DNA of 64,000 nucleotides from Escherichia phage AidaStucki_Bas93: the sequence record PQ850593.1. The stretch is one strand, 5' to 3'. The notes beneath the pieces are model-generated. The model saw nothing but the letters and a program-made list of their open reading frames with translations. It ran no database searches and was not told where the DNA came from. Positions within the stretch are counted from its first letter, which is position 1, and each line of letters starts with the position of its first letter. A program made the position numbers and the translations under genes. Positions 28,303 through 39,955 of this stretch are shown here, piece by piece.

Positions 28303-28345
28303 GAAAAGCCCTCAAGGAGAAAATCTCTTTGAGGGCTTTATTTGT
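28303..28345. terminator. Bidirectional rho-independent terminator where the two transcription arms converge
   Basis: AAGCCCTCAAGGAGAAAATCTCTTTGAGGGCTT hairpin flanked by an A-run and a T-run (TTATTTGTTTTT). Confidence 0.65.
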
Positions 28346-28567
28346 TTTTAGATTAAATCATAATACTGAATAATGTCAGAGAGTTTGAACTCTCGAATCT
28401 CATCTTTCTCTATATCTATCGCTGTCATAATCCAACAAGGTTTGCCACCGTTATGAAAACGGGAGCTAGCAACGGAGGTTCGGAGTGGAATAACGGACCG
28501 GTCAGCAACCTCGCCTCTCCAATTGCGATAGCGAAAGCGAAGCACTTGTTGCGTAGATTTTTGATCA

Positions 28568-28969
28568 TCATTCATTTCCTTTCTTGAATTGTTTTCTTGC
28601 ATCGTTTTCCATCTTTGTTTTTAGTTTATGACAAGGGTCTTTACACAGAACCTGAAAACCTTCTTTCTCACACAGAGCACGAGAGATGATTTCATCCCAA
28701 GTTGCTTCATGGTCAAGAGGTACTATAGGCTCTATGTGGTCAATAGCCATATCCTTTACAGGGTGGTCAGAACCACACATGGCACACCTAAAGTGCATTG
28801 CCAGTCTACCTGTCTTTGGATTAATCTTCTGCTCTGTCTTGGCTTCTGCTAGTGCATCGAACATGGGCTTCCACTTTCTAGTCAGAGAACGAATCCCTGA
28901 CTTAATGAAAGAGTTGTAACGAGCTTCAGTCCAAGTTCCACTACAGCGTGTCTTCTCAGACTTCGCCAT
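28568..28969 (-). CDS. HNH endonuclease
   Basis: CxxC ... DHIEPI ... CKDPCHKLK HNH-type zinc and catalytic motifs. Confidence 0.6.
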   Translation of the reverse strand: MAKSEKTRCSGTWTEARYNSFIKSGIRSLTRKWKPMFDALAEAKTEQKINPKTGRLAMHFRCAMCGSDHPVKDMAIDHIEPIVPLDHEATWDEIISRALCEKEGFQVLCKDPCHKLKTKMENDARKQFKKGNE

Positions 28970-29148
28970 AATCAGCTTCTTCCCAAACTCGTTTGTTTAC
29001 ACGATGACTCACTTTGCCCTCACGAGGAATACGACCTGTCCTCTGATCAAACAGTTGATGTTTAATCTTTTGATCTTTACGAGATTCACGATTGGAGGAG
29101 TTTTCATCATATGAACGATAATCAAATTTACCCATTATAATATCCTTA

Positions 29149-30018
29149 TTACCAAGATTTATCTAACCATGTCCAGTCGAACAGGTCTTCCGGAGCCTGA
29201 CCAACAAAGAGAAGCCGAGCATTCTCAAGCATTTTCTCTTCATCTTCAGTATCGAACTTCTTATAATATTCCATTCGTACTATATGATACATGGTCCACT
29301 TATCTGTAACCCCAGCCAACAACTTAGCTGCTGCTTTCTTCCCTATCCCTTGACGTCGAAGCTGGAGCTTACCGCCCCACATCACTTCTTTACGTTCACC
29401 ACATCCGGGAATATTATCTGTTCCATCTCCAATCAGCATCTGATAGAAGAAATTTTGCCATGAAACTAAATCAGATACGTAGTGAGGAGGAACCTCTTTT
29501 TGTCTTTCTCCACAAGCCCAACGGTAATGCCATCCGGGAGTTATTAACAAATCTTTGTCTCTAGTACAGATGATAGTGTTCTTATCTCTACGTTGCCTTT
29601 CAGCTAGTGCATCATCAGCCTCTCTCCCAAATACATCTATGTATTCATACTTACCTTTAATATAATCACCGACATTTTGCCAGTGAAAAGGTCTTTCTCC
29701 GGGAGGTCTGTTTGCTTTGTAGTCTTGCTGCTTAGCAACATCGAAACGGAAGTTACCGCCTTCGCTGAAGTAGAACACAACCTTACTGCAACCTGAGCGA
29801 GCAATGATAGTATCTATCTTGTACTGAAGTCGTTCAATCATGAAATTATAATCAACTGGAACACGTCCTGTGTCAAGAAAGGGATGCTCCTGAGTAAGGG
29901 CACCCACTTCATATCGAAGAACATCTCCGTCCACAATCGCTACTTCTGGATAAGATATATCACTCATGATTTCCTCCATGGTGTCGGATAAGGTGACAAT
30001 TAGCACAGAGCATGACAC
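29149..30018 (-). CDS. 5'-3' exonuclease / flap endonuclease (T5 D15, T7 gp6, Pol I 5'-nuclease family)
   Basis: FGREADDALAE metal-binding motif. H3TH-like GDGTDNIPGCGERKEVM ... KAAAKLL. Confidence 0.75.
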   Translation of the reverse strand: MSCSVLIVTLSDTMEEIMSDISYPEVAIVDGDVLRYEVGALTQEHPFLDTGRVPVDYNFMIERLQYKIDTIIARSGCSKVVFYFSEGGNFRFDVAKQQDYKANRPPGERPFHWQNVGDYIKGKYEYIDVFGREADDALAERQRRDKNTIICTRDKDLLITPGWHYRWACGERQKEVPPHYVSDLVSWQNFFYQMLIGDGTDNIPGCGERKEVMWGGKLQLRRQGIGKKAAAKLLAGVTDKWTMYHIVRMEYYKKFDTEDEEKMLENARLLFVGQAPEDLFDWTWLDKSW

Positions 30019-30403
30019 ATTTATCTAACTCTGCCTTAAGTTTAGGCCAGTACCGATAGTATGAAGGGTTTTCGTCTTTTGTTTGTTCATCCAGATGATG
30101 GAACTGCATAACACAAGGTGGGTATTCTTTTTTACAATCTAAGCAAACACCTCCCATGTATTCTATTGCTTTTATCTTAAGATCTCTATTTGCCTTATTA
30201 GCAACCTCTTGCCGTCTTTTTCTATTGGCAGCATACCAAGCTCTTTTCTTTTCTGCGGTACAAATCCTACAAGTTCCAGTAACACCCTTAGTACACATCT
30301 TATTGGGGTGATATTCTGTTATGGCTTTTTCAACCCCACAAACGTTACACACCTTAGTATCAGCATCCACTATAGCTACTTCAGGGAGCTTAACGTCTTC
30401 CAT
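29960..30403 (-). CDS. HNH endonuclease (Zn-finger type)
   Basis: Multiple CxxC pairs and C-terminal CANCHLIRHHGGNH. Confidence 0.6.
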   Translation of the reverse strand: MEDVKLPEVAIVDADTKVCNVCGVEKAITEYHPNKMCTKGVTGTCRICTAEKKRAWYAANRKRRQEVANKANRDLKIKAIEYMGGVCLDCKKEYPPCVMQFHHLDEQTKDENPSYYRYWPKLKAELDKCVMLCANCHLIRHHGGNHE

Positions 30404-30404
30404 A

Positions 30405-30928
30405 TTATTCTCCTAATAACTTACGAATTTCAATACGGAAATTATCATACTCTTCAGGGTATTCAAACCCACATTCAAGAAGAGCATAGTGAACAACCTT
30501 CAGCAAATCCTGAACCTTATTCTTATCTTTGTGTCGATAAGCATATTTGATCATGTTGGTTTGTTGAAAGTTCAACTGAGGGTTTGCATGATAAAACTCG
30601 ATAGGTTGAATCTTCTTGCTATCAGGGTTATAGTGGGAACCTCCCACCATAGAAACTAATGCTGGGTTACCTTGAGATGCCATTTCTAACTTCTCCGTGT
30701 GGTCATGTGAGTAGTCTACTGGAGAGGTTTTGTTACCAGTAATTTTAGGTAAAATCGCTCTAACTGTTTCTATGTACTTACCGCCATCAACATTAATTTG
30801 AAACTCCACAAGTTCATCCTGTAGTTCATACCCTGATAAGCTTGATAGTTCCTCTAGCTCGTCTCTGAGGAAGTTTGTGTGCTTTCTTTGGGTTGCAAGC
30901 GCTTTCTTTAAAAGAACTATTTCTTCAC

Positions 30929-30938
<10 letters not shown>
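30405..30938 (-). CDS. Hypothetical protein (177 aa)
   Basis: ORF in the operon. No recognisable motif. Confidence 0.3.
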
Positions 30939-32222
<1,284 letters not shown>

Positions 32223-32468
32223 AATGCATCTCTTTATAAATAGTTTCCGTGTTCTTCTTCCAGTTAGATAAACCGGTAAGAACCCTCTGAGCAACTTCAT
32301 CAGCTGCCTTACTTCTTTCAATCTCTAACTCTTGTTGATGCTTTTCTTTATCCAGATTGTTACTATCTGTTCTGTACTCATTAAACTTCATTCCGCCAAA
32401 GAACACCAGAGCAGAGAAGATAACAAATCCTAGATTATCACTTAAAGTGCTTTGCATATTGACCCCAA

Positions 32469-32495
32469 CGAAAAAAGCCACCCGAAGGTGGCTAA
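32469..32495 (-). terminator. Rho-independent terminator after the SSB gene
   Basis: AGCCACCTTCGGGTGGCT stem followed by TTTTTCG on the minus strand. Confidence 0.65.
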
Positions 32496-32514
32496 GCTAT
32501 AACAAGGAGAGTTA

Positions 32515-33261
32515 TCAGAAAGGCGAATCGTTATCGTCTTCATAAGTAGAAGCAGGTTCTTTATCAATCGTAGGGATCGAAGGGGTAGCTTCTTTCTGTT
32601 CTGTTTCAGAAGCACGAGTAATTTCACGACCAGCCAGAGGTATGTTCTTAGCGTCATTAGCTTGAGTAAGCAGGTTGCGCTGGAACGGGAACATCAGTTG
32701 ATAAGATGCTACGTTCTCATCGGTTTCAGCATACGGTTCGAAGAATACCAGAGGACTACGAGCTTCACCAACTGCTGCACGATATTTGGTTGGGATTGGA
32801 GAAATGGTTTTGATGGAGTTTTTAACTTCACCAGCTTTGTTAGTGTAGGAGTTAACCAGAATGTTAACAGGCTGACCTAACAGCACATCCTTAAACCAAG
32901 ACAGATCACCTTTCAGTGCTTGAATGCTTGGGTCAATCATCTTGCAAAGATCAAGGATACCAGAGTTCTTAGCTCGTGGGTTTACATCATAACTCTTGAA
33001 CTGGCAAGCAGGACGTGGTTCTAATGCCTTACCATCGGAATCTTTACCCGTAGCATCAACACCAATCAGCTCGAAAGCCAAATCCATACGGAAAGCTGGA
33101 TTCTTAGGAGTTACTGCTTTGGTCTTCGGGTCAATCCAAGGGTCGCGATTGTGAACACCCAAACCTACTACACGAACAATACGTGCTTCGTATTCACCAT
33201 CAGGGATTACATCGTAGTTAGATTTACGGGAAGAAGTTGCGATAGTTGGAATCATGCTCAT
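32515..33261 (-). CDS. Single-stranded DNA-binding protein
   Basis: Acidic C-terminal tail ending in DDNDSPF, as in the bacterial SSB ...DDDIPF tip. Sits in the replication operon, downstream of promoter elements. Confidence 0.65.
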   Translation of the reverse strand: MSMIPTIATSSRKSNYDVIPDGEYEARIVRVVGLGVHNRDPWIDPKTKAVTPKNPAFRMDLAFELIGVDATGKDSDGKALEPRPACQFKSYDVNPRAKNSGILDLCKMIDPSIQALKGDLSWFKDVLLGQPVNILVNSYTNKAGEVKNSIKTISPIPTKYRAAVGEARSPLVFFEPYAETDENVASYQLMFPFQRNLLTQANDAKNIPLAGREITRASETEQKEATPSIPTIDKEPASTYEDDNDSPF

Positions 33262-33319
33262 TGTTAATTTCCTTATTTAATTTGAAAGATTGTTGCTCTC
33301 TTTGAGCGGTTATGTATAA

Positions 33320-33328
33320 TATACATTA
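33320..33328 (-). promoter_or_regulatory. TAATGTATA element in minus orientation, about 60 nt upstream of the SSB gene
   Basis: Reverse complement TATACATTA on the plus strand. It overlaps a plus-strand extended -10 TGTATAAT. Confidence 0.45.
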
Positions 33329-33391
33329 CGCTTATACCGATAAGAGTACTATATAATATAAGTATCTTTGGTAGTAGATATAACACACTAG

Positions 33392-33400
33392 TAATGTATA
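33392..33400 (+). promoter_or_regulatory. TAATGTATA element (plus orientation) in the intergenic hub
   Basis: Exact 9-mer. There is no obvious plus-strand gene downstream. Confidence 0.35.
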
Positions 33401-34167
33401 TATTGTATAGCTGATAAAGTTATTGCAGGCTTGTACATTGGGCAATTCATAGAATCCCTTGCAAGTACCGAAGGGCAGGAGCCACCTGCGAGATAAAAAT
33501 AGAGAATTAAGGAATCCTTGATTTAGGTTGTAGGGACTCCTAGGGACTTTGATTCTCTATTTAAAAGAATAAATAATTACTATATCTAATACTAAACAGA
33601 CTGAAACAAAGATAAGAAACTTCTTATAAATACTCATTACTTATCATCTAAATAGTTAACTAATCTCTGATATAAAGAAGTTTAAATCAAGCATCCATCA
33701 CAAACATAGTCTCCACTAAGAGACTCTTGTAACAAACGATTTTGTTCCTCTGAATATAGAGAATTTACTAATTCTTTTAACTCTGAAAGAGTGATGAAAT
33801 CAATAGTATTTCCATTATCTAAAATAGAAGAGTTAAGTAAATATTCATTGTCTTTAATTTTATTAATCATTCTTCATTTCCTTTTACTTCAGCGTAGACT
33901 TTGATAATGCCCTTAAGAACTTCCTTAGAAGCAATAGCACTTTCTTCAGAGGTGTGAATAGTAGAAAACTCTTTCTTTCCAATCTTGTAAGTGTGAACCC
34001 AAATCATACTTATTCCTCGTATTCCCAATTTCTTTCATAATATCCAGAGTTATAATTTAGAGCGCATCTCTCAGCCTCCTCTATGTCATCAGTGTTTAGG
34101 ATATTTACCCACCCACCAACTTCATCAAAACCTTCTTCTACTTCATTAAACCATACGCTATACTTTT

Positions 34168-34560
34168 TCATCGAATCACCAAAGGCTCTTCAGAGTACAC
34201 AGGAGCGGCTATTTCTACAGGAGGTGCTGCCCTAAGGTCATTAAGTCTTACGCCCTTCAGCATTCCATCTAGGTGGTCCTTTTTGGGTATTCCAACAGGG
34301 AAGTCGTCAATCCAGATATCTACAAAGAAACCTAACTGGCGACATACGTCATCTTTCTGAACACCATTGCAAAAGATGATAGGAATCTGCAAACGCTCTG
34401 CATCAATCTTAATGTCGTGATTATCATACCCATTAGGCTCTGCAAAGCGGTAAGTTACAAAACGTACATCATAACCTTTGGCTTGCATTAATGCCACCAC
34501 AGATCGCCACAGCTCTTTATCTGAGGTGTAAGTATCATCGTAATCTAAACCAATATTCAT
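34168..34560 (-). CDS. HAD-superfamily phosphatase (candidate 5'(3')-deoxyribonucleotidase)
   Basis: Motif I DxDxT at the N-terminus (MNIGLDYDDTY). Confidence 0.45.
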   Translation of the reverse strand: MNIGLDYDDTYTSDKELWRSVVALMQAKGYDVRFVTYRFAEPNGYDNHDIKIDAERLQIPIIFCNGVQKDDVCRQLGFFVDIWIDDFPVGIPKKDHLDGMLKGVRLNDLRAAPPVEIAAPVYSEEPLVIR

Positions 34561-35160
34561 GTTGAATCCTTTTAGACAAGAAAAGCCGCCCTAAGGCAGC
34601 TTCTTATTTAACTATTCACTTTAGCTTCAAGTGTTTCATTTTCAATACTCAAGTCAATCACTACGCCAGTAAGCTCAACGACTGCTTGGCGAAGGGCGTC
34701 TTTACCCATAGAATGTACTTGAGATAAGAAGAAAGCTTTACCTTCTTCCGTGGATAGGGTTTCTTTTAATTCAGAAGCAGTCATTGATATTCCTTATTTT
34801 ACATTGTATAAATTCGCATGATTGTACCACCATCAGCTTCAATAGTAGAAACAACTTCATCTCGTTCTTCATCCGTGTACACTAGTACACTTTTAAACGA
34901 GCCAGTCACATCTGTGTACAAAATGTTGTACTTGGGAGGTGGTTTACGGTAAATACCTTCCATCATTCTTTCTCCTCTCGTTCTTTCCACAGTTCAGCAA
35001 GCTCTAGGTAGAACTCAGCTTCATCAGGACGTCCTTGTTCATTACAGATGGCGCTTTGACGATAACACCAATCCGATGGCATCTCTTCCACTTCAATCTC
35101 CTTGTTATGAACTAATCAATAAGACTAGTTCATTTGTATTTCAATCTTTCAGTTCTGAAT

Positions 35161-35656
35161 TTAGTGTGTATGCATCCAATTTAACCCAATCTGACAATCA
35201 GAAGCCAGAGGACATTCCATGTTCAAGTACTCACCAGCCTTCTTAACACAAAGCTCGGTGTACTCTTTGAGTTTCTGTACATCATTACGGTTCACTGAGA
35301 ACTGGCCCTCATCGTGCATATCAATTACCTTAGCACAACGAACTCCATCTTTCTCAATCCACTTGTTAAGGAACATCATAGCATATTTCATAACAACAGC
35401 ACCAGCACATTGCAGGAGTGTGTTAAGGGCTTTATGAACCATAACCTTACCAGTGGCATCCCGTCTCATTGTAATCTTACGACCATCAACGCCAATCAAA
35501 TACCCTTGAGCAGCTTTCTCTGTCATACGATCAATGAGGATTGCAATACATGGGTTCTCTGCCAAGAAGCGTGCTCGCATCACTGAACCTTCGTCAGCTC
35601 CACCACCTACGATTGAACCAAGTTTAGCATCACCAGCACCATAGTTAAACGCATCT
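35161..35656 (-). CDS. DNA polymerase (family A, T7-like), exon 2: motif B tail ...AFNYGAGDAKLG... and motif C VIDMHDEGQF
   Basis: Reads in frame upstream of the tool-called GTG start: GAGDAKLGSIVGGGADEGS matches the T7 region YGAGDEKIGQIVGAG. Confidence 0.7.
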
Positions 35657-36362
35657 CATATATTCGACAAGAGCCGCAACACTCTCGCCCGTTCTCTTAT
35701 GAACTGCTACATGTCGCCATGTAGGATAGACTATATCATCACCCTCTATCGAGGGGTTGGGCGCTTCCACCGGCATTAGCTTCCGGCGTACTCCTTTCGG
35801 ATAGTCGTTGCACCTTCAAGTATTCTATAGCTGTTTCTAATCGGCTAACATCATCTTTCAATAGCCCTAAAGCTCTGTTGCAGTTGTGACACAACAGACC
35901 GCGTATTACTCCGGATTCATGGCAATGATCAACCACAAGTTTAATTCTGTGATGTGTTGCCATTACAAACCCTTCGCCCTTACAGATAGCACACTTCCCA
36001 TCCTGATCAGCGTACATCTTTTCGTAATCGCTGGCTGTGATTCCATAAATTCGTTTGAAGTAGGAATTTCTCCAGCCCCTATCTTTGCATTCATCAGAGC
36101 AATAATGTTCAGATGGTGCATTTGGTTGAAAATCTTTTGAGCAATTACGACAAGGTTTTGGATTGAACCGACCTTGAGGGTATTTACTTGCCTCAGCAGT
36201 CTGTTCTTCTTTAGTTTTAGTTACAGTTGTATATTCCATAAGCACCTCCATGTTGAGTTGCTATAGAATACTTGCTTGGCTCAGGATTGTCTACTAGAGA
36301 GTTTCCCTGAGTTCACCCAATTTAATCGACGAGATTACTCTCGAAGTATCCATTTACGTCAG
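35657..36362 (-). mobile_element. Putative group I intron (706 nt) interrupting the DNA polymerase gene and carrying an HNH homing endonuclease ORF
   Basis: Exon 1 stops right after ...RDNAKTFI, in the middle of motif B. A P1-like pairing is possible: the exon end UUUAU pairs with intron GUAAA 6 nt into the intron, with a U-G at the splice site. The intron ends in G, and joining restores KTFI-DAFNYGAGD in frame. Confidence 0.55.
35739..36251 (-). CDS. HNH homing endonuclease encoded inside the polymerase intron
   Basis: Cys-rich N-terminus plus DHCHESGVIRGLLCHNCNRALG HNH motif. Own RBS GGAGGTG. Confidence 0.75.
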   Translation of the reverse strand: MEVLMEYTTVTKTKEEQTAEASKYPQGRFNPKPCRNCSKDFQPNAPSEHYCSDECKDRGWRNSYFKRIYGITASDYEKMYADQDGKCAICKGEGFVMATHHRIKLVVDHCHESGVIRGLLCHNCNRALGLLKDDVSRLETAIEYLKVQRLSERSTPEANAGGSAQPLDRG

Positions 36363-37711
36363 ATAAACGTTTTAGCGTTGTCACGAGTAGGAAGACCAGC
36401 AAGTTTCTGGTTGTGGGAGTGGATATCACCTTCAAGAAGGATATCACGATACATAATAGCAGAAGCTAAACCACGTTCTGCCAGAGCTTTCTTAGCTGGA
36501 TTATTCTCTTCGATTGCTTCAGCAAGCATATCCCTACACTCTTTAATGAGGTAGTGAGCGAGCATACGAAGTTCAAGTCCAGAACCATCATACCCTAAGA
36601 ATACTTCTTTACCAGCGGGTATGTAATATTTGTAAGCACCTACAGGCTTATCTTTCTTCCCCGGCTTACCTTTCTCGTAAATTACGTTAGTACCTTTTCG
36701 TATATAACAACCATCAGGAACAACGTTAGTAATAACGAAAGGACGAGAGTGATCACTGTCTGAATTATAGTCAGACTCAAACAAACTGCGACACTCATGA
36801 CCAAACAAACCACGAGAGGGAATATTAACCACGATACGATGTTTGAATCGAAAAGTTGGCGTAGCGCAGCTGTTAGCTTCTGCCGAAAGTTTACCATCTT
36901 CGCGTTCCTTTGCTATGAGTCCACTGATAAGACCTAGCCTGTGAGCCGCTACAACGCGCCTCTTAAGCAAACTTCCAACACTCCCTAGCTCGCCCCCTAA
37001 CCCTTCTTCAAGAGTCTCCTCGAGGTTTGTAGGAGCTGTAGGCCACTTGTTTGAGGTAGCTAGTGCTATCTTAATCTCATCAAACGTGATAGGTCTACGT
37101 CGGTTAGGGTTTAAACCTAAACCAAACACATAAGCCTTCATATAGTTCTTAGTCTTAAACCTAAAATGCTTCTCTAAGAACCTCCTAATATCTGCGTCAA
37201 CCATCTCGGCTGTCTGCTTCTGTTTAGCATTACCTCGCATCCAAGCTGAATACCACGCTTGGTATGTTCCATACTTTCGTATATCTTTCTTGATTTCAAA
37301 AGTATTCCAAGGTTTCTTTGATACGTTAAACTCTGGAGGAAGAAAACCCTCATCCATAAGGGCTTCTTTAACTCGTGCATCTTTCGATGGGTCAAAGTCC
37401 ACGTATTCAACACAGGTGAATGCTCCACCAATGTCTTCTCTCTTAAGGCCAACTCTATCACAATAGGCTTGAGGCCACTTCTGTAAAGCTCCAGACTTCT
37501 TAAATGGCTTCATATAAGTAGAGCCATCTAATCTCATCTTAGGTAAGAGAGGGATCAGTTCTTTGTCGATATTAACAATAATCTCTTTAAGGAGGTGAAC
37601 ATACCACCGAGCATTTCTTCGGTTGAAACTCACTCCGTGCTTCGCTTGCTTAGAGATTATATCAGCGACAGTCATCTCTGTCAAAAATGGGAGAGCGTCC
37701 GGGTTGCTCAC
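36363..37711 (-). CDS. DNA polymerase (family A), exon 1: polymerase palm and fingers with motif A and the start of motif B. It has no 3'-5' exonuclease domain.
   Basis: Motif A GYDGSGLELRMLAHY. Motif B start LPTRDNAKTFI, followed immediately by a stop. Confidence 0.8.
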
Positions 37712-38476
37712 TTTATACTCCTTTAAATTATTGGTAAAGTAAATCTGTAAATGCTTGGTTGTCTTCTACTACATCTAACAAGGTTGCTTCGTTACTATAA
37801 GACCTAACCGTCCCGTTGACAACTGTCCGAGTAGGAGAGGGAGGTGGTGTATGGTTAGCCCTAGCTTCGCGAGGTTGCTCTCGTACTAAATGAGCCATAG
37901 CCATTTGGTTAGCGACTTCTTCTCTTTCTCGAATAGCTCTCTGAATATAAGCTAGCTTCATGCCCCAAGCTTCTTCAAATTCTTGAGGATGTTTGTCACT
38001 GATAACCACATATTGACGTTCAGGGATACCAGAGCGAATCTCTGATAAGAGTTCACAGAACAAATCCAGTTCGTGTTCAGTGAGATTCATTTCGATATCA
38101 TCCCACTTGAGAACTAGGAAACGGTTTTGATATCTAGTCGGTAATGACATAGCTTAACCTTTAGGGAATGGGATGAGGTTTTCTACTGCAACACGGAATT
38201 CTTTCTCTACATCTTTATTCTTATAAGAAATGAATTTCCCATCAGTACCACGGAGGATTACGTTAGTGCGAGCTGTTTTTGGGTTATGACTGATTTGGTT
38301 TGCAATGAGACTAATGTTGAGTTTAGTGTTGTGGTTATTGGTGAATTTCCACTTAGCCAGACGATTAGTCATTACATCAATGATAGTTACAGTTTTTACA
38401 ATAGACATAGTTATTACCTAAGAAGTTTAGTTTGGTTTATATAAAAGAAAAGGCCACCCATTTGGGTAGCCTCATA

Positions 38477-38794
38477 TTACGATGAGCTTAAAGCTCCTTT
38501 GCGTGCTCCAGCTGCCTTCCCAGTTCGATCTCCACTTTTGCCGCCAGCTGAACGATTTCCGCTGACTGTTTCAACACGTAAGTTGCTTGACGCATTAGAG
38601 CCTCCTGACTTGATAGCTCGTTTGTGTCCAACGTCTTTACCTCTGACAGCAGCTTTTCCATCGCGCTTTTCAACGATGCGACGTGCACGGTGGCGCTGAG
38701 CATCTCCGCTCTTGCTACCAATTCCCGTTTCACCCCTTGCGATGGCGGTACGTCTTTCTTGTGCATAATCTCTCTTTCCTACATGGTCTGCCAT
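38477..38794 (-). CDS. Gly/Lys/Arg-rich small protein (KGG-repeat-like)
   Basis: Strong RBS TAAGGAG 7 nt before the ATG. An overlapping alternative-frame ORF (38488-38766) has no Shine-Dalgarno sequence. Confidence 0.3.
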   Translation of the reverse strand: MADHVGKRDYAQERRTAIARGETGIGSKSGDAQRHRARRIVEKRDGKAAVRGKDVGHKRAIKSGGSNASSNLRVETVSGNRSAGGKSGDRTGKAAGARKGALSSS

Positions 38795-39211
38795 TTAGAA
38801 CTCCTTAATATATCAGTGTACACTAAGGAGTATACATTATGAATGATGTTAAAACTCTGCTAAGTATTTAATATCAGAGGCATATACCTCATCAAAGGAA
38901 ATAACTTCTCCATTGTAAAGAAGTTCTATCTTCAATATACCAGAGCATTTGGTGTCTTTAGAATCAACCCTGATAGAGAGCTTATCAACTATCTGAGCTT
39001 TAATCTCTTCTATCATTAACTCTTGAGTGTTATTCACTCCACCCTCCCGGTGGTACAAAATCATCAGGAACGTCAATGATAGTAGGTTCTCCATTATTCA
39101 TGCAGGTGTCTTCATTGAACTCTTCACACTCAAAGCATGCTCGTTCGATATTTTTGTAGAAGTCGATGGTTGCTGAACCATCACCACAATCTCGGATAAC
39201 TAGAGCTACTT

Positions 39212-39955
39212 TCATTTCTCTTGTCCTTTTTCCATTGCTTTAACAATAGCTTTACAGAAACCAGAACGAACAATGTCATCTGATTCACCATCTACAATCT
39301 CAGCGAACTCATACAGATCATGTTCATCAATAAAGTTAGTAGCCCAAGTAAGACCACTCTCACGACCACGCATGTCATGCTGGTTAGTATCACCCATGCA
39401 GAACAGTTGAGAGGTTTCTCCCAATCGAGTCATGATTGAGAAGGCTTCATCTTTAGTGGTGTTCTGGAATTCATCAACAATAACAACAGCATCATTGAAA
39501 GAACGACCACGGAGATATTCCAGAGGTACGAACTCAATATTACTGTTACCAAGCTGGCATTCATAGAACCCCTTACCATATCGCTGAGTAATAACATCGA
39601 TGATAGGCATCAGGTATGGTTCAAACTTCTCACGCATCCCTCCCGGAAGTAACCCAAGAGAGTTGCCCATACCAACTGAAGGACGGCTAAGAATGATCTT
39701 CTGAATCTTACCACTCTTCAGAGCATCGATAACTGTAGAAGTGATTACATAGGTCTTACCACAGCCCGCAGGAGCGTCTGTGAACACCACTTGTTTAGTC
39801 TTGATAGCATTGAGTAGCTCAGATTGAAACTGATTCTGAGGAACCACTGGCTTCGCTAAAACAACCTCTTCATACTCACGCTTACCTTTCTTAGTGACCA
39901 AGGCTTCACGACGTAAATCTTTACGAGATTCTCTACGGGACTGTCTACGGCTCAT
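39212..39955 (-). CDS. phoH: PhoH-like ATPase
   Basis: Walker A TDAPAGCGKTY. Walker B VVIVDEFQN. Confidence 0.85.
   Translation of the reverse strand: MSRRQSRRESRKDLRREALVTKKGKREYEEVVLAKPVVPQNQFQSELLNAIKTKQVVFTDAPAGCGKTYVITSTVIDALKSGKIQKIILSRPSVGMGNSLGLLPGGMREKFEPYLMPIIDVITQRYGKGFYECQLGNSNIEFVPLEYLRGRSFNDAVVIVDEFQNTTKDEAFSIMTRLGETSQLFCMGDTNQHDMRGRESGLTWATNFIDEHDLYEFAEIVDGESDDIVRSGFCKAIVKAMEKGQEK

Noticed and set aside
35657-36362. An intein as the reason for the split polymerase
   Set aside because: Exon 1 is terminated by a stop codon directly after TFI, and the HNH ORF has its own RBS and start. It is not an in-frame protein insertion. A group I intron, or a genuinely two-subunit polymerase, fits better.
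38488-38766. The 92-aa ORF overlapping 38477-38794 in another frame
   Set aside because: The two ORFs are mutually exclusive. The 105-aa frame has a strong AAGGAG Shine-Dalgarno sequence at ideal spacing, and the 92-aa frame has none. The 92-aa product looks more globular, so this call has low confidence either way.
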